Shown piece by piece: positions 1 through 12,799 of a stretch of DNA of 64,000 bases. Positions within the stretch are counted from its first letter, which is position 1. Each line of letters starts with the position of its first letter. The notes under the pieces were generated by a model, which saw only the letters and a program-made list of their open reading frames with translations, ran no database searches and had not been told where the DNA came from. The position numbers and the translations under genes are program-made. Origin of the DNA: Ranitomeya imitator (Eukaryota); contig NC_091282.1 of assembly GCF_032444005.1 (NCBI RefSeq), positions 695,516,001-695,580,000 of the forward strand, in the 5' to 3' direction.

Positions 1-124
1 CTTCAGGATCGTTGGTCGCTGGAGAGCTGTCTGTGTGACAGCTCTCCAGCAACCAAACAGCGATGCTGCAGCGATCGACATCGTTGTCGGTATTGCTGCA
101 GCGTCGCTTAGTGTGACGGTACCT
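1..124. mobile_element. Right end of a PIF/Harbinger-type palindromic MITE (same family as 23042-23750)
   Basis: Ends ...TAGTGTGACGGTACCT followed by TAA; internal sequence matches the full copy at 23042-23750. Confidence 0.8.
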
Positions 125-127
125 TAA

Positions 128-465
128 GGGTATGTTTCCACGGGCAGAAACCGGCACTTTTGCATGCAGCAAATGGCGCTTTGTCCAAAGCGCTGCCGGC
201 TTTTGAACGCAGGTGATTCCGCATGTGTTCATTGAACCACGTGGAATCACCGAGCCAAATAAATTGGACAGGACATTTATCTTGCGGAGACTGAGTGTCT
301 CCGCAAGATAAATTGACATGCTGCGGTCTTGAAAGACGTGCCGCGTGTCTGTCTCCGCCGGGAAGCCAAAGGCGTCCGTGCACGCATAGTGGACATGGGA
401 TTTCTTCAAATCCCATCCACTATGCTGTCCAACCCGCAGGGTTTACTGACCATAGAAACATACCC
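128..465. mobile_element. Harbinger-type MITE (GGGTATGTTTC TIR)
   Basis: TIRs GGGTATGTTTC / GAAACATACCC, flanked by TAA and TTA. Confidence 0.75.
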
Positions 466-468
466 TTA

Positions 469-663
469 GGTCGGGATCACACACAGCGAGATACGGCCGA
501 GTCTCGCAGGTTAAAACCAAGCTCTGGCACCGGCACTCCAGAGCGGAGTGTGTGGCCGCATAGCAATACATGGAGCTGCACGCTCCGCTCCGGAGTGCCG
601 GTGCAAGAGCTTGGTTTTAACCTTCGAGACTCGGCCGTATCTCGCTGTAGTGTTACTCCGGCC
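469..663. mobile_element. ~195-bp palindromic Harbinger-type MITE (GGCCGGGATCACAC family)
   Basis: Whole-length palindrome with TTA on both sides; related copies at 1069, 36925, 48072. Confidence 0.8.
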
Positions 664-1068
664 TTATTGTAATAAAAGCAAATGTTTTCAAAACAAACTC
701 CAATTTTTTTTTCTATCCTCAGACCTCAAACCCTACGTTATTAGCACACATCATTCCAAAATTTACAGCAGTCTAGGAGATCTGTTCACTGGGTGTAGAA
801 ATCATATCTGCAGCTAGTTTGTGGAGCTGGTGGGAAACTAGAAACGAATTTCCCATCCATTCAGCTTAGTCTATGTGCAACACAGCAAAATAAATCATGT
901 CTATATTTTATTAACTATTTCCCATATAAAAAAGAGAAAAGTTAAATAAAAAAAAAAAAAACAACAACTCTACTTTCGGTTTGGTAAAAACACCCTTAGT
1001 TGCATTTTGTAACTTTTTTTTTCGTACACCAAGACCTAGAGTGGCAGCAAGAAAAATACACATTTTTA

Positions 1069-1264
1069 GGCCGGGATCACACATGCGAGAAACACGTCCG
1101 TGTCTCGCATGTGAAATCCAAGCTCTGGTGCCGGCACTTGGGAGCGGAGCGTGCGGCTCCATGTGTTGCTATGCGGCCGCCCGCTCCGCTCCGGAGTGCC
1201 GGCGCCAGAGCTTGGATTTCACATGCGAGACACAGACGTGTTTCTCGCATGTGTGATCCCGGCC
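1069..1264. mobile_element. ~195-bp palindromic Harbinger-type MITE
   Basis: TTA|GGCCGGGATCACACATGCGAGAAAC...GTTTCTCGCATGTGTGATCCCGGCC|TTA. Confidence 0.9.
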
Positions 1265-1293
1265 TTACATTTGTTCTTCGCCCATTCTTTTTA

Positions 1294-1807
1294 GGGCTCA
1301 TCTCCACTTGTGAGGAAAACGGACAAGTGCAATCCGATAAAAAATCGGATTGCACTCGGACCAATGTTAATCAATAGGTGACACTCCATTTGCGATTTTT
1401 TTCCCAGCCGAAATCGGACTGAGAAAAATCTGTGTCGGCTGAGAAAAAAATCGCAGCATGCTGCGTATTGCTGAGATTCTCGGACGAGACTCGCCAATGC
1501 AAGTCAATGGGTGCGAGAAAAAAAACGCATGGAATACGGACCATCCGTATTCCATCCGTTTTTTACGGATACCTTACCATTCTGTGGCACAGAACACTGT
1601 AAATAGTCCTGTAAATCACTGTATAAAAATATTTGCAGAGAAAAAAAACGGATTGCATACGGATGTCATACGGATGTAAAAACGGATGATGCGATTAAAA
1701 ATCGCATTACACTCGCATGACACTCGCATGACAATCGCACACGTTACATCAGTTTTTTCGGTCCGTAAATCGGACCGTTTTTTTCTCACACAAGTGGAGA
1801 TGAGCCC
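1294..1807. mobile_element. Harbinger-type MITE (GGGCTCATCTCCACTTG TIR)
   Basis: Matching TIRs with TTA TSD on both sides; a partial relative ends near 60783. Confidence 0.85.
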
Positions 1808-2043
1808 TTAATGAGTGAAAAATGTTGCAAGAACACTGAAGTATTTGACATGTTGAACCTTGGCAAAAACAAAGCAGGACTCAAACTCTGTATGGAAAGA
1901 AAAAAAAATGCAGCGTGTGCAGGAGATTTCACAAATCTACTGGATTTTGCTGGTACTGTAAAACGATGCGTATTTTACACAAATATGCTGCAGAAAATAT
2001 GCAGAAAACAAAAAACAAAACACCACATGTGAACATACCCTAA

Positions 2044-3311
2044 AGATACCTTCACACTGAGCAACTTTAGAACGATAACGATAGCGATCCGTGACGTTGC
2101 AGCGTCCTGGATAGCGATATCGTTGTGTTTGACACGCAGCAGCGATCTGGATCCTGCTGTGACATCGCTGGTCGAAGCTAGAAGGCCAGAACTTTATTTC
2201 GTCGCTGGATCACCCGCTGACATCGCTGAATCGGCGTGTGTGACGCCGATCCAGCTATGTCTTCACTTGTAACCAGGGTAAACATCGGGTTACTAAGCGC
2301 AGGGCCGCGCTTAGTAACCAGATATTTACCCTGGTTACCATTGTAAATGTAAAAAAAAAAAAACACTACATACTTACATTCCGGTGTCTGTCGCGTCCCC
2401 CGGCGTCAGCTTCCCGCACTGACTGTCAGCGCCGGCCGGCCGTAAAGCAGAGCACAGCGGTGACGTCACCGGTCTGCTTTACGGCCGGCGCTTACAGAGT
2501 GCAGGGAAGCTGACGCCGGGGGATGCAACAGACACCGGAATGTAAGTATGTAGTGTTTGGTTTTTTTTTAGCAGCATGGACCCTCTCCAGGCTATTAATA
2601 TCTGCCCTCAGTCACTGGCTTTACTACTCTGGCGGAGAAAATTGCGCGGGAGCCAACGCCAATTTTTTCCGCCATTTAACCCTTTAATTTAATAGCTAGA
2701 ACGCCCAAATTTTGCACATACACACTACTAACATTAGTAGTGTGGAATGTGCAAAAAAAAAAATGGGGATATGAGATGGTTTACTGTATGTAAACCATGT
2801 CTCATATCATGTCGGGTTTTGGAAGGAGAAAGCAAAAGCCGGCAATTGAATTACCGGCTTTAAAGCTATCTAGAGCTGTATGAAATATTAATATATATAC
2901 ATATATGTGTCTCAATGACATATATATACACACCTATTCTATGTGTACACATTTATTCTACCTATTCTATTGTAAGCCGTCAGTGTGATTTTACTGTACA
3001 CCGCACTGAATTGCCGGCTTTTCTCTCTAACACCGCTGCGTATTTCTCGCAAGTCACACTGCTGGTCCGTGTGTGATCCGTATTTTTCTGGCTTCCATAG
3101 ACTTTCATTGGCGATTTTTTTGCGCAATACGGTGACAAATGCAGCATGCTGTGATTTTCTACGGCCGTAGAAAGCCATACAATACGGATCAGTAAAATAC
3201 GGCAGATAGGAGCTGGGGCATAGAGAATAATTCGGCCGTGTGTAATGCGTGTTTTACGGACGTATTTTATGCGCTCATAAGTCCGTAAAACTCGCTAGTG
3301 TGACACCGGCC
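2044..3311. mobile_element. Composite of truncated Harbinger-type MITEs
   Basis: 2044-~2570 matches the 23042 family. ~2575-3311 matches the right part of the 37442-38796 family and ends GTGTGACACCGGCC|TAA. Confidence 0.7.
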
Positions 3312-4624
3312 TAAGGAATAACAAATATGTGAAATTGCGCTTAGGTAGGACTTCAAACTTGGTTTTGTTCTTTTTTCAGCATTTTTTTCTTTTGAGCTAA
3401 AAGCCTGGTAGAAATCATTGAGCTCCTCTGTTTCTGCCATTTTTTTCTGTTATGTGCTCCATTGCATAGATATTCACATTTGTTTCTTATGCGGCACAGT
3501 ATGTGAAATCTCTGCTTGCAGACCAATTGGGCATTTCTTCAGTGTCTTCTCTGGGAGCGTGCACACTCCCCTCCTAGGCACTGACAATCACAGATCGACA
3601 GAATCGGAGGCTGCTAGATCAGCTGCGGAGTTGTGACTGGCAACGTCTAGGAGGAAGATGAGACAACACATGACCAAATAGAAGGCTCCCGTGAAATTTC
3701 TGCTTGTAGTGCAACTGGGCATTTGTTCATACTGGGCTCCAAAAGCAGCAAAATGCGAATCTCTCTACAATGGAGCGACGCAACACAGAATGGAAAAAAG
3801 CGGCAGAATCAGGGGAGTTCAGGGATTTTAACCAGATATCGAACTCAATTTTTTTTAGCAAATGGCAGATACGCCTTAAACTCACTTGAAACTGTTTAAC
3901 AGAGAATTGCTGCTTATCTTCTGACTTACAAACATTTGTGAGGCAATATTATCGCTGTGAGCGGTACTGCTCTATGAAAAACGACAAGTCATTTCAGAAA
4001 GCCACAGCTAGTTTCACCAAGTAAATAGTCTTCTATCCCACCTCATTTCTCCTCAAATGGAAAATCATGATGAAAGTAAAATTGCTCCATTATGCAAATG
4101 ACGATCGGAGTTACTTAAACATCTGAAAGTTTCCATACCTATAACAACTAAAAAAGGTTGGTATTTAGTAATCATGTTTTCAGTGGTGGGTGCATGGTTG
4201 CCTCCTGGCTGTACTTTTGGCCTCATGATCATCATTAAGCCATGAGCACAGTTTGCACTGAGGCACATGTAGTCCCTAAAGCTATGGGCACTCCATCTGG
4301 AGATTAGATAGACAGATAGAGAGAGAGATATATATAGATAGCGCCAGAGGCTCCCACCCACAGAAGTGAAGATTGGGCTTGTCATGGATGGGCTAGTCAC
4401 AGGACCAGGGCAACGCAAATTGTTTTGCTCAGCTCCACACATTAATTTTTTACTCCTTTGGTTGTTGTGGACAAAAAAAAAGTTGCAGCAGCCATTAATC
4501 TGGTCTGTTTTACAGATGAGAAAGTGATAGTTTCAGTGATGCATAGTTTATATGCCCATGTGTGATGAGAGTAGAAGGATAGCTTGTGAATGTGACTAGT
4601 TGTTGAGTTGTCATGTTTGTCTTA

Positions 4625-4990
4625 AAGGTAATCTGTCAGCAGGTTTATGCTTAAGGAGAGTAGCATAATCTAGGGAAAGAGAACCCGATTCCATTGTTGT
4701 GTCGCTTACTAGGCTGTGTGCTGTAGTTTCAATACAATCAGTGTTTTATCAGCAGGAGACTATCACTAGAGGACTAGATGTCATATGCAAGCAGCCTATA
4801 GATTATCAACTTCCTGTAGACATTGTCAGAAAGCTATCAGGGGTACGAGTGGGGTTATAGGCAGATCTGCATTCTGAAAACAGAGATTCTATGAAAACTA
4901 CAGCTAGCAGCCCAGTAAGTGACACATTGCTGGAGTGGAGGGTCTCTTCCCTTACACCATGCTGCTCTCTGATTATATACAAACTGCTGG
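4625..4990. mobile_element. Old Kolobok/T2-type MITE (TTAA; AGGTAATCTGTCAGCAGG family)
   Basis: TTAA|AGGTAATCTGTCAGCAGG start. Degenerate relatives near 9085-9458, 24600-24998, 54095-54440 and 56640-57024. Boundaries are approximate. Confidence 0.6.
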
Positions 4991-5214
4991 CATTCCTTTT
5001 TAAGGGGGAATCTGCAAGTAGGATCGTGCCTCCCTTGAGAACACGGCCCTCACTTCTCCTGTAACTGTTGAACTATGTGTTACTTTGTATGGTTTTCATT
5101 GTGTGCACATGTCCCTGCTTAGTAATGCAGCCGGCTAGTGGGCGTGGCCAAGAGGGTGCGGCCTCGCTACAAGTGTATGGAAGCGATGCTGCGCACACTG
5201 GCCGGGAGTATGTA

Positions 5215-6868
5215 CAGTTATATGAAAAAGTTTGGGCACCCCTATTAATCTTAAGCTTCATGTTTTATAAAAAAATAAAAAAATTTTGCAACAGCTATTT
5301 CAGTTTCATATATCTAATAACTGTTGGACACAGTAATGTTTCTGCCTTGAAATGAGGTTTATTGTACTAACAGAAAATGTGCAATCTGCATTCAAACAAA
5401 ATTTGACAGGTGCATAAGTATGGGCACCCCACCAGAAAAGTGACATTAATATTTAGTTGATCCTCCTTTTGAAAAAATAACAGCCTCTAGTCGCTTCCTG
5501 TAGCTTTTAATCAGTTCCTGATCCTGGATGAAGGTATTTTTGACCATTCCTCTTTACAAAACAATTCCAGTTCAGTTAAGTTTGATGGTCGCCGAGCATG
5601 GACAGCCCTCTTCAAATGATCCCACAGATGTTCAATGATATTCAGGTCTGGGGACTGGGATGGCCATTCCAGAACAGTGTAATTCTTCCTCTGCATGAAT
5701 GCCTGAGTAGATTTGGAGCGGTGTTTTGGATCATGGTCTTGCTGAAAGATCCATCCCCTGCATAACTTCAACTTTGTCACTGATTCATGAACATTATTGT
5801 CAAGAATCTTCTGATACTGAGAGGAATCTATGCGTCCCTCAACTTTAACAACATTCCCGGTGCTGGCATTGGCCACACAGCCCCAAAGAATGATGAAACC
5901 TCCACTAAATTTTACTGTGGGTAGCAAGTGTTTTTCTTGGAATTATGTGTTTTTTGGCCGCCATGCATAACGCCTTTTTGTATGACCAAACAACTCAATC
6001 TTGGTTTCATCAGTCCACAGGACCTTCTTCCAAAAAGAAATTGGCTTCTCCAAATGTGCTTTTGCATACCTCAGCCGACTCTGTTTGTGGCGTGCTTGCA
6101 GAAACGGCTTCTTTCGCATCACTCTCCCATACAGCTTCTCCTTGTGCAAAGTGCGTTGTGTAGTTGACCGATGCACAGTGACACCATCTGCAGCAAGTTG
6201 ATGCTGCAGCTCTCTGGAGGTGGTCTGAGGATTGTCCTTGACTGATCTCACCATTCTTCTTCTCTGCCTGATGTTTTTCTTGGCCTGCCACTTCTGGCCT
6301 TAACAAGAACTGTACCTGTGTTCTTCCATTTCCTTACTATGTTCCTCACAGTGGAAATTGACAGGTTAAATCTCTGAGGCAGCTTTTTGGATCCTTCCCC
6401 TGAACAACTATGTTGAATAATCTTTGTTTTCAGATCATTAGACAGTTGTTTTGAGGAGCCCATGATGCCACTCTTCAGAGGAGATTCAAACAGGAGAACA
6501 GCTTGCAAGTGGCCACTTTAAGTAGCTTTTCTCATGATTGCATACACCTGGCTATGAAGTTCAAAGCTCAATGAGGGTAGAAAACCAAAAAAAGTGTTTT
6601 AGTAAGTCAGTAAAAAGTAGGTAGGAGTATTTAAAACAAGAAAATGATAAGGGTGCCCATTCTTATGCACCTGTCAAATTTTGTTTGAATGCAGATTGCA
6701 CATTTTCTGTTAGTACAATAAACCTCATTTCAAGGCAGAAACATTACTGTGTCCAACAGTTATTAGATATATGAAACTGAAATAGCTGTTGCAAAAAACA
6801 AACAAACAATTTTTATAAAACATTAAGCTTAAGATTAATAGGGGTGCCCAAACTTTTTCATATAACTG
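5215..6868 (-). mobile_element. Tc1/mariner DD34E element, IR/DR type, frameshifted transposase (inactive)
   Basis: TA|CAGTTATATGAAAAAGTTTGGGCACCCC...GGGGTGCCCAAACTTTTTCATATAACTG|TA with ~215-bp inverted repeats. The transposase is split over ORFs 6248-6508, 5943-6254 and 5511-5927 (WTDETK, FQQDHDPKH, SPDLNIIE; 34 residues between D2 and E). Confidence 0.95.
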
Positions 6869-9800
6869 TATAACGCACATACCCATCGGTCCCGGGTCAG
6901 AAAGCGACGAGTGCACTGGACGGATTCATAAGTCTGCAGTCACAAGGAGTGACTTCAGACTTAACGATTTGCACCAGACAACCCCTCTAAAAGAGATCTC
7001 TTTGTAACACAGTTTGTAAAAAGGCCAAGCAGGACAACGTCTGTGACCATGGGTGCAAATTCTAAAAACAAGAAAAAATATTGTCAATGTCTACCCTGCT
7101 TTTTGGGTACAGGTTGAAGTGACAGACAAAGCACAACCCCCAAACTGCAAATTTGGCATAAGTAACGGTGCGAAGCCCTCTTTCTGGGAGGGGGGAGGGG
7201 GGGGATCTCTGCACATAAAATAGACACCAGTGTTATAAATGGCACACGGGAGCCTCAAGTTACCACACTGGTCAGCAGACTACTTTGTATGACAAATGGG
7301 AGGCAGACTACAAGCTGTCATAAGCCATTCATCAGCTGCTGTACAGAGGATCGGAATAGACAAAATACCAGATTAACAGGGAAGAAAACAAAAGTCAAAT
7401 TCTCTGTTTGCACGTAGATGATGAAGGAATTCTCTGGACAGTTTGCGCAGCCATTTCACCTCTTTAGAGCAGCACAAGTCCGCACTAAAAGCAAAAAATT
7501 ACTATGAGAATAATCACCTATTGACAGAAATGCAAAGTGCTTCCACCCTGCCAACAGCTTCAGGCTAGCCCTCCTTCCCAGCAAGATCTTTATAGCAATT
7601 TAGCTTCAATATTTTGCTTTTTCGGATAACAAAAATGTTGTTTGTTTGTTTGTTTTTATGGAAATGCAGAAGTGAAAAAGAAATCAGGAGAGAGAGAATC
7701 AACTGCAAGTTATTAATTGCCCAGAGTAATGAGGGAATATACACTTTAGGGCCCCAGCAGACGAGTGTATGAGAAACAGTCAGTTTCATCCAGTTTCCAT
7801 CCATGCATAATCAGAATATCCAAAAATCCCTGTGTACATGGAAATAGAGGATGATCGCTGCCATATACCATAAGGCCCCCATACACATTAGATTAGTGTA
7901 GGCTGAAATCTCAGATATCGACGGTGTGGCTGATGGCCTCGTATATGGGGGCACTGGCCGACTGATGGTCAGTAAAGGTGTCCATTAGTGATGAGCGAAC
8001 GTGCTGGGATAAGGTGTTATCTGAGCATGCTCGGGTGCTAACAGACTGTCTTCAACATGCTCAAATAAGAATAATAATAACAGTACACACACATGTTAAA
8101 AACAGGACCTCCTGAAAATAAATAAATACTGGCCTACACATTTCGGACTGGTGAATGTGTACATTTCTTATTATTGCCAGTGCCATTGTCGTGTGCATGA
8201 GGCCTCACTAACAACTAACGTTTTAGCTTATATCTTTATTGTCAAAAATAAGCATCTGGGGACTAAAGAAATTAACGAACATTCGTAGTTGCCTGGTCTT
8301 GAAAACTAATCCAAAGCTCAGTATGTGCACACCGACACTGCTGTAAGGTATATATACATGCGCGCGTACACACACACACACACACACTTGCAGATTTCCT
8401 GAGAAAAGATAGATATCAGCTTTTTTCTTATTCAGCATGTTGTTTCATAGTGAAAAAGTGATATTCTCCATGTCATATCTGTGCGCGCTGTATTGTCTTC
8501 TCGCCAGCTAGATCCTTACAGCAAACACAATGGTGCGTCTGTTTATCGCAAGTCAAATCAAGCAGCTCTTTTTATCCTCTGAATACATGGGGGCAGCAAA
8601 CACCCATTTCGGCTGGGAAAAAATAAGCAATGTTCGTCTCCAGCATCGTTTTTAGAACCTCTCCGCTCACCCGCTACTGACAAGTGAAAGGTGCATTATG
8701 TGTGGGTTGTAGCCACTGGGTGTTGACCAATAAGCTAAAAAGGCAAATCTGCGGGTACAATATATTACAGCAACGTGACTTTATTACTAGTCGTAGTTTT
8801 TATGCTGTACAAGTCAGCTTTATACGGATATATAGTAGTAGGTGTGTTACATTATATCCAATGAATAGATCATTCCCACTGACATGGGGTAATAGAAGTT
8901 TGCCAATCAAACCTTAATCTGTCTGCAAGTTGTCACAGCGGTAACGTGTATGCCTCCTCTAGTAAATAATCGGTAGACACTTAGTCACACCCCTCCAGGG
9001 TAAGCCCGACCCGTGGCGCAGTCCACGCCCACCAGCATTACACAAGTTTTTGCTATGAAATCTGAGAGCAACATGATGTCGATGCAGAGACCCGGATTCC
9101 AGCAATGTGTCACTTACTGGACTGCTTGGTGCAGTTTTGATAGAATCTCTGTTTTGTCTGATGTATATGTAGCACAGCTAAGACTTCTGAGCTGTGTATA
9201 ACCCCACCCACACCCCTGATTGGCTACTTACTGTGTACACTGTCAGCAAGCTGCCAATCAGTGGCGGGGGTGGGGTGACACGGATTAGCTGGACTGACAA
9301 GTACGTGGTACATAATCCTGTAGTGATAATCTCCGGCTAATAAAACACTGTATTGAAACTGCAACACAACCTAGTAAGTTATACATCACTGAAATCAGTG
9401 TCTCTTCATTCTCTTGCTCTCAGACTAAAATATCAAAAACCTGCTGACAGATTCCCTTTAAAAGATGTTGTCCTAGCACAGAATTTAGCGACATAGCAAA
9501 TGAGGTTGGAGCATCCCTGGAAATAATGTGGTCTCCCCATAACCTCAAGGACCATAGCCGATGGTGTACACTCAACCAAAAGAATCCTGGTGTTATACAT
9601 AAAATCCGTCATTTAATGAGGATGCCTAAAGAAACGACCGTGGGAATAATTTATACTATCACGTCACATTACATCTTCACACAAGATGACGTGTCCCCTT
9701 TAAAGTTTAAAGATCCCAGTGTGTCCACCATTATATTTACAAAACAAATGGATCTTATAAAGTCATTTTATTTAACCGTTTGCTGATTTAGTTTTTGGTT

Positions 9801-10241
9801 TGGCTGTACACACCCATGGAGGCAACGCGCATTATGTAATCCCCGAAGTTACATTGTTTGTTCCTCACATCTTAATCTTTTGTTCCACCTGCAGCGACAG
9901 CTACGGTCTGAAGGAAATGGAAACTCCCAGAAGTAATATTTGCAAAGCTTTTTAGATTTTCTCACAATTTAATGTAAAACCCAGAACATTTTCGGTAACT
10001 TTCTAGTTGCTATAAAACTTTTTTTTTTTCCAAAGTTTTATTATATTAAATACACAGAGGCTGGAAAAATCCCAGGAAGCCATAGAATTTTACTACAGGG
10101 GTCTAAGTAGTGTTTGCTATTCATGGCGATTCTCTATTTTAGAGTACACTTCAAGAGATAAAGAAAATCTGCAACATGGTGGATGTAATCTCAGGAACAA
10201 TCGCGGGTGTAATAATCGTGGCCACAGAGAGGGGGGTGACC

Positions 10242-12799
10242 CAGAGGCGTAGCTAGAGCTTTTGCCGCCCGGGGCTGTTCCCGAGTTTGGCGCCCCCCCC
10301 CCCCCCCCCCCGGCTCAATACACACAAAGGTTACCAAAAACGGTTTTCCTGTTTTGTAGAACTTAAACTGGGCCTAATGGTGTCACCCCCACATGCCACA
10401 CCTGTGACTTAATACCACCACACCATGACCAGGCCACATAGTGACCGAATAATACTACATACAAGGGACAAATACCACAACACCATTTCCAGACCACATA
10501 TTACCACCACATAGTGACTGAATACTACAATACTGATCAGTAATAAAAAAAAACCCACAATACTATCACCATAAGTGCCAGTATTCACAGGAGATCTGTA
10601 CTTAGTATGCAGTGTCTGTGTAGAGGTAATACAGAGATCACTGGTGACATTATACACAGGACCTCTATATAGTATACAGTGTATAGTGTCAGTGTATAGG
10701 TAACACTGACTCACCAGTGACGTCTCTAGGTGAAGTCCTTCATCTTTCATCCAGCACAGACCGCCATCATTCCTTCCAGCCAGGACTCGTTTCTGCAGGA
10801 AATAACACAGTTATCTCGAGCTCCGCTTGCAGAACACATTACTTAATTTTTCACAACTTCTACATTACATCACATGAAGAAAAAAAGGTGATATAGTGTC
10901 ACTCTGCACAGTAACAGGACCGCCCCCCCATTTAAAACAGTATACTCAAAAAATAAAATAAATACATCACTGCAGTAATAATATCCCTTAATTAGCCCCT
11001 ATGGTAATAATATTCCCCACCCTGGCCCCGTTTCTCATTCCTGGCTCCAGCCATATGTTCTCGCATCCTGCCCTCATGAGTATCCATTCTACCCCATATG
11101 ATCTCCACATCCTGCCCCACCAGCCTCCATCGTATCCGTCCTGCCCCATGATCCAATCCTGCCCCGTGTCTCCAATCATGCCCCGTATCTACATTCTGCC
11201 CATGCCTCAAGTCCTGCCCCCAGTGTGTCCAGCATATTACCCCCATGTTGTCCAGCAATCTGCCCCAGTGTGTCCAGCATATTACCCCCATGTTGTCCAG
11301 CAATCTGCCCCAGTGTGTCCAGCATATTACCCCCAGTGTGTCCAGCAATCTGCCCCAGTATGTCCAGCACTGCCCCCAGTGTGTCCAGCAATCTGCCCCA
11401 GTGTCCAGCCTTTCCCCAGTGTGTCCAGCATATTACCCCCAGTGTCCAGCATTGCCCCAGTGTGTCCAGCATATTACCCCCAGTGTGTCCAGCAATCTGC
11501 CCCAGTGTCCAGCATTGCCCCAGTGTGTCCAGAAGTCTGCCCCAGGGTCTCCAGCATTGCCTCAATGTGTCCAGAAATCTGCCCCAGGGTCTCCAGTATT
11601 GCCCCAGTGTGTCCAGCAATCTGCCCCATGGTCTCCTGTATTGCCCCAGTGTGTCCAGCATTCTGCCCCATGGTCTCCAGTATTGCCCCGGTGTATCCAG
11701 CAATCTGCCCCATGGTCTCCTGTATTGCCCCAGTGTGTCCAGCATTCTGCCCCATGGTCTCCAGTATTGCCCCGGTGTGTCCAGCAATCTGCCCCATGGT
11801 CTCCAGTATTGCCCCAGTATGTCCAGAAGTCTGCCCAGGGTCTCCAGCATTGCCTCAATGTGTCCTGAAATCTGCCCCATGGTCTCCAGTATTCAGTGTG
11901 TCCAGCAATCTGCCCCATAGTCTCCTGTATTGCCCCAGTGTGTCCAGCATTCTGCCCCATGGTCTCCAGTATTGCCCCAGTGTGTCCAGCAATCTGCCCC
12001 ATGGTCTCCTGTATTGCCCCAGTGTGTCCAGCAATCTGCCCCATGGTCTCCTGTATTGCCCCAGTGTGTCCAGCAATCTGCCCCATGGTCTCATGTATTG
12101 CCCCAGTGTGTCCAGCAATCTGCCCCATGGTCTCATGTATTGCCCCAGTGTGTCCAGCAATCTGCCCCATGGTCTCCTGTATTGCCCCAGTGTGTCCAGC
12201 AATCTGCCCCATAGTCTCCTGTACTGCCCCAGTGTGTCCAGCATTCTGCCCCATGGTCTCCAGTACTGCCCCAGTGTGTCCAGCAATCTGCCCCATGGTC
12301 TCATGTATTGCCCCAGTGTGTCCAGCAATCTGCCCCATGGTCTCCAGTATTGCCCCAGTGTGTCCAGCATTGCCCCAGCCCCAGACAGTCAGACATAAAG
12401 AAAAAAAAAAAAAAAAGTAAAATCCTCACCTCTCCCGTTCCTAGCGCAGGTCCGGTGCAGCCAGTCAGCGTCTCTCCGGCTCTGCGACGCTCAGGACAGA
12501 GAGGCAGAGCGGCGCGCACAGTAGTGACGTCATCGCGCCCTCTGCTCTGAGACGTCGCAGAGTCAGAGGACGCTGCAGCTGCCGGCGCCGCAGGAACCAG
12601 GAGAGGTGAGTATAGAGCGGGGGGCGGGGTCCGGTGGTGGGGGGAGCTGGCCCTGGTCGTGGCGGCGGACGGCGCCGCCCGAAGATTTAAAGGGGCGTCT
12701 TTTTTTTTTTTTTTTTCTTCTCCTGCAGCGCCGGCCGCCCCCCGCATTGTGCCGCCCGGGGCGGACCGCCCCCCCCGCACCCCTCTTCCTACGCCACTG
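10242..12799. mobile_element. Non-autonomous hAT element carrying a minisatellite
   Basis: TIRs CAGAGGCGTAG / CTACGCCACTG and a perfect 8-bp TSD GGGTGACC (10234-10241, 12800-12807). Confidence 0.9.
11215..12380. repeat. 42-bp minisatellite (about 21-bp subunits)
   Basis: Repeated GTGTGTCCAGCAATCTGCCCCATGGTCTCCTGTATTGCCCCA. It produces the periodic 14-aa ORFs on both strands. Confidence 0.95.

Noticed and set aside
3480-3760. Cyclic-nucleotide-gated channel C-linker (CPxxLQAEI)
   Set aside because: Only a ~10-residue resemblance, with stops nearby and no flanking pore or CNBD sequence; kept only as an unexplained repeat.
11001-12420. Long Cys/Pro-rich ORFs (up to 465 aa) as a keratin-associated or mucin-like gene
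   Set aside because: They lie in a 42-bp minisatellite inside a TSD-flanked hAT element and are open on both strands; no promoter, signal peptide or splice context.
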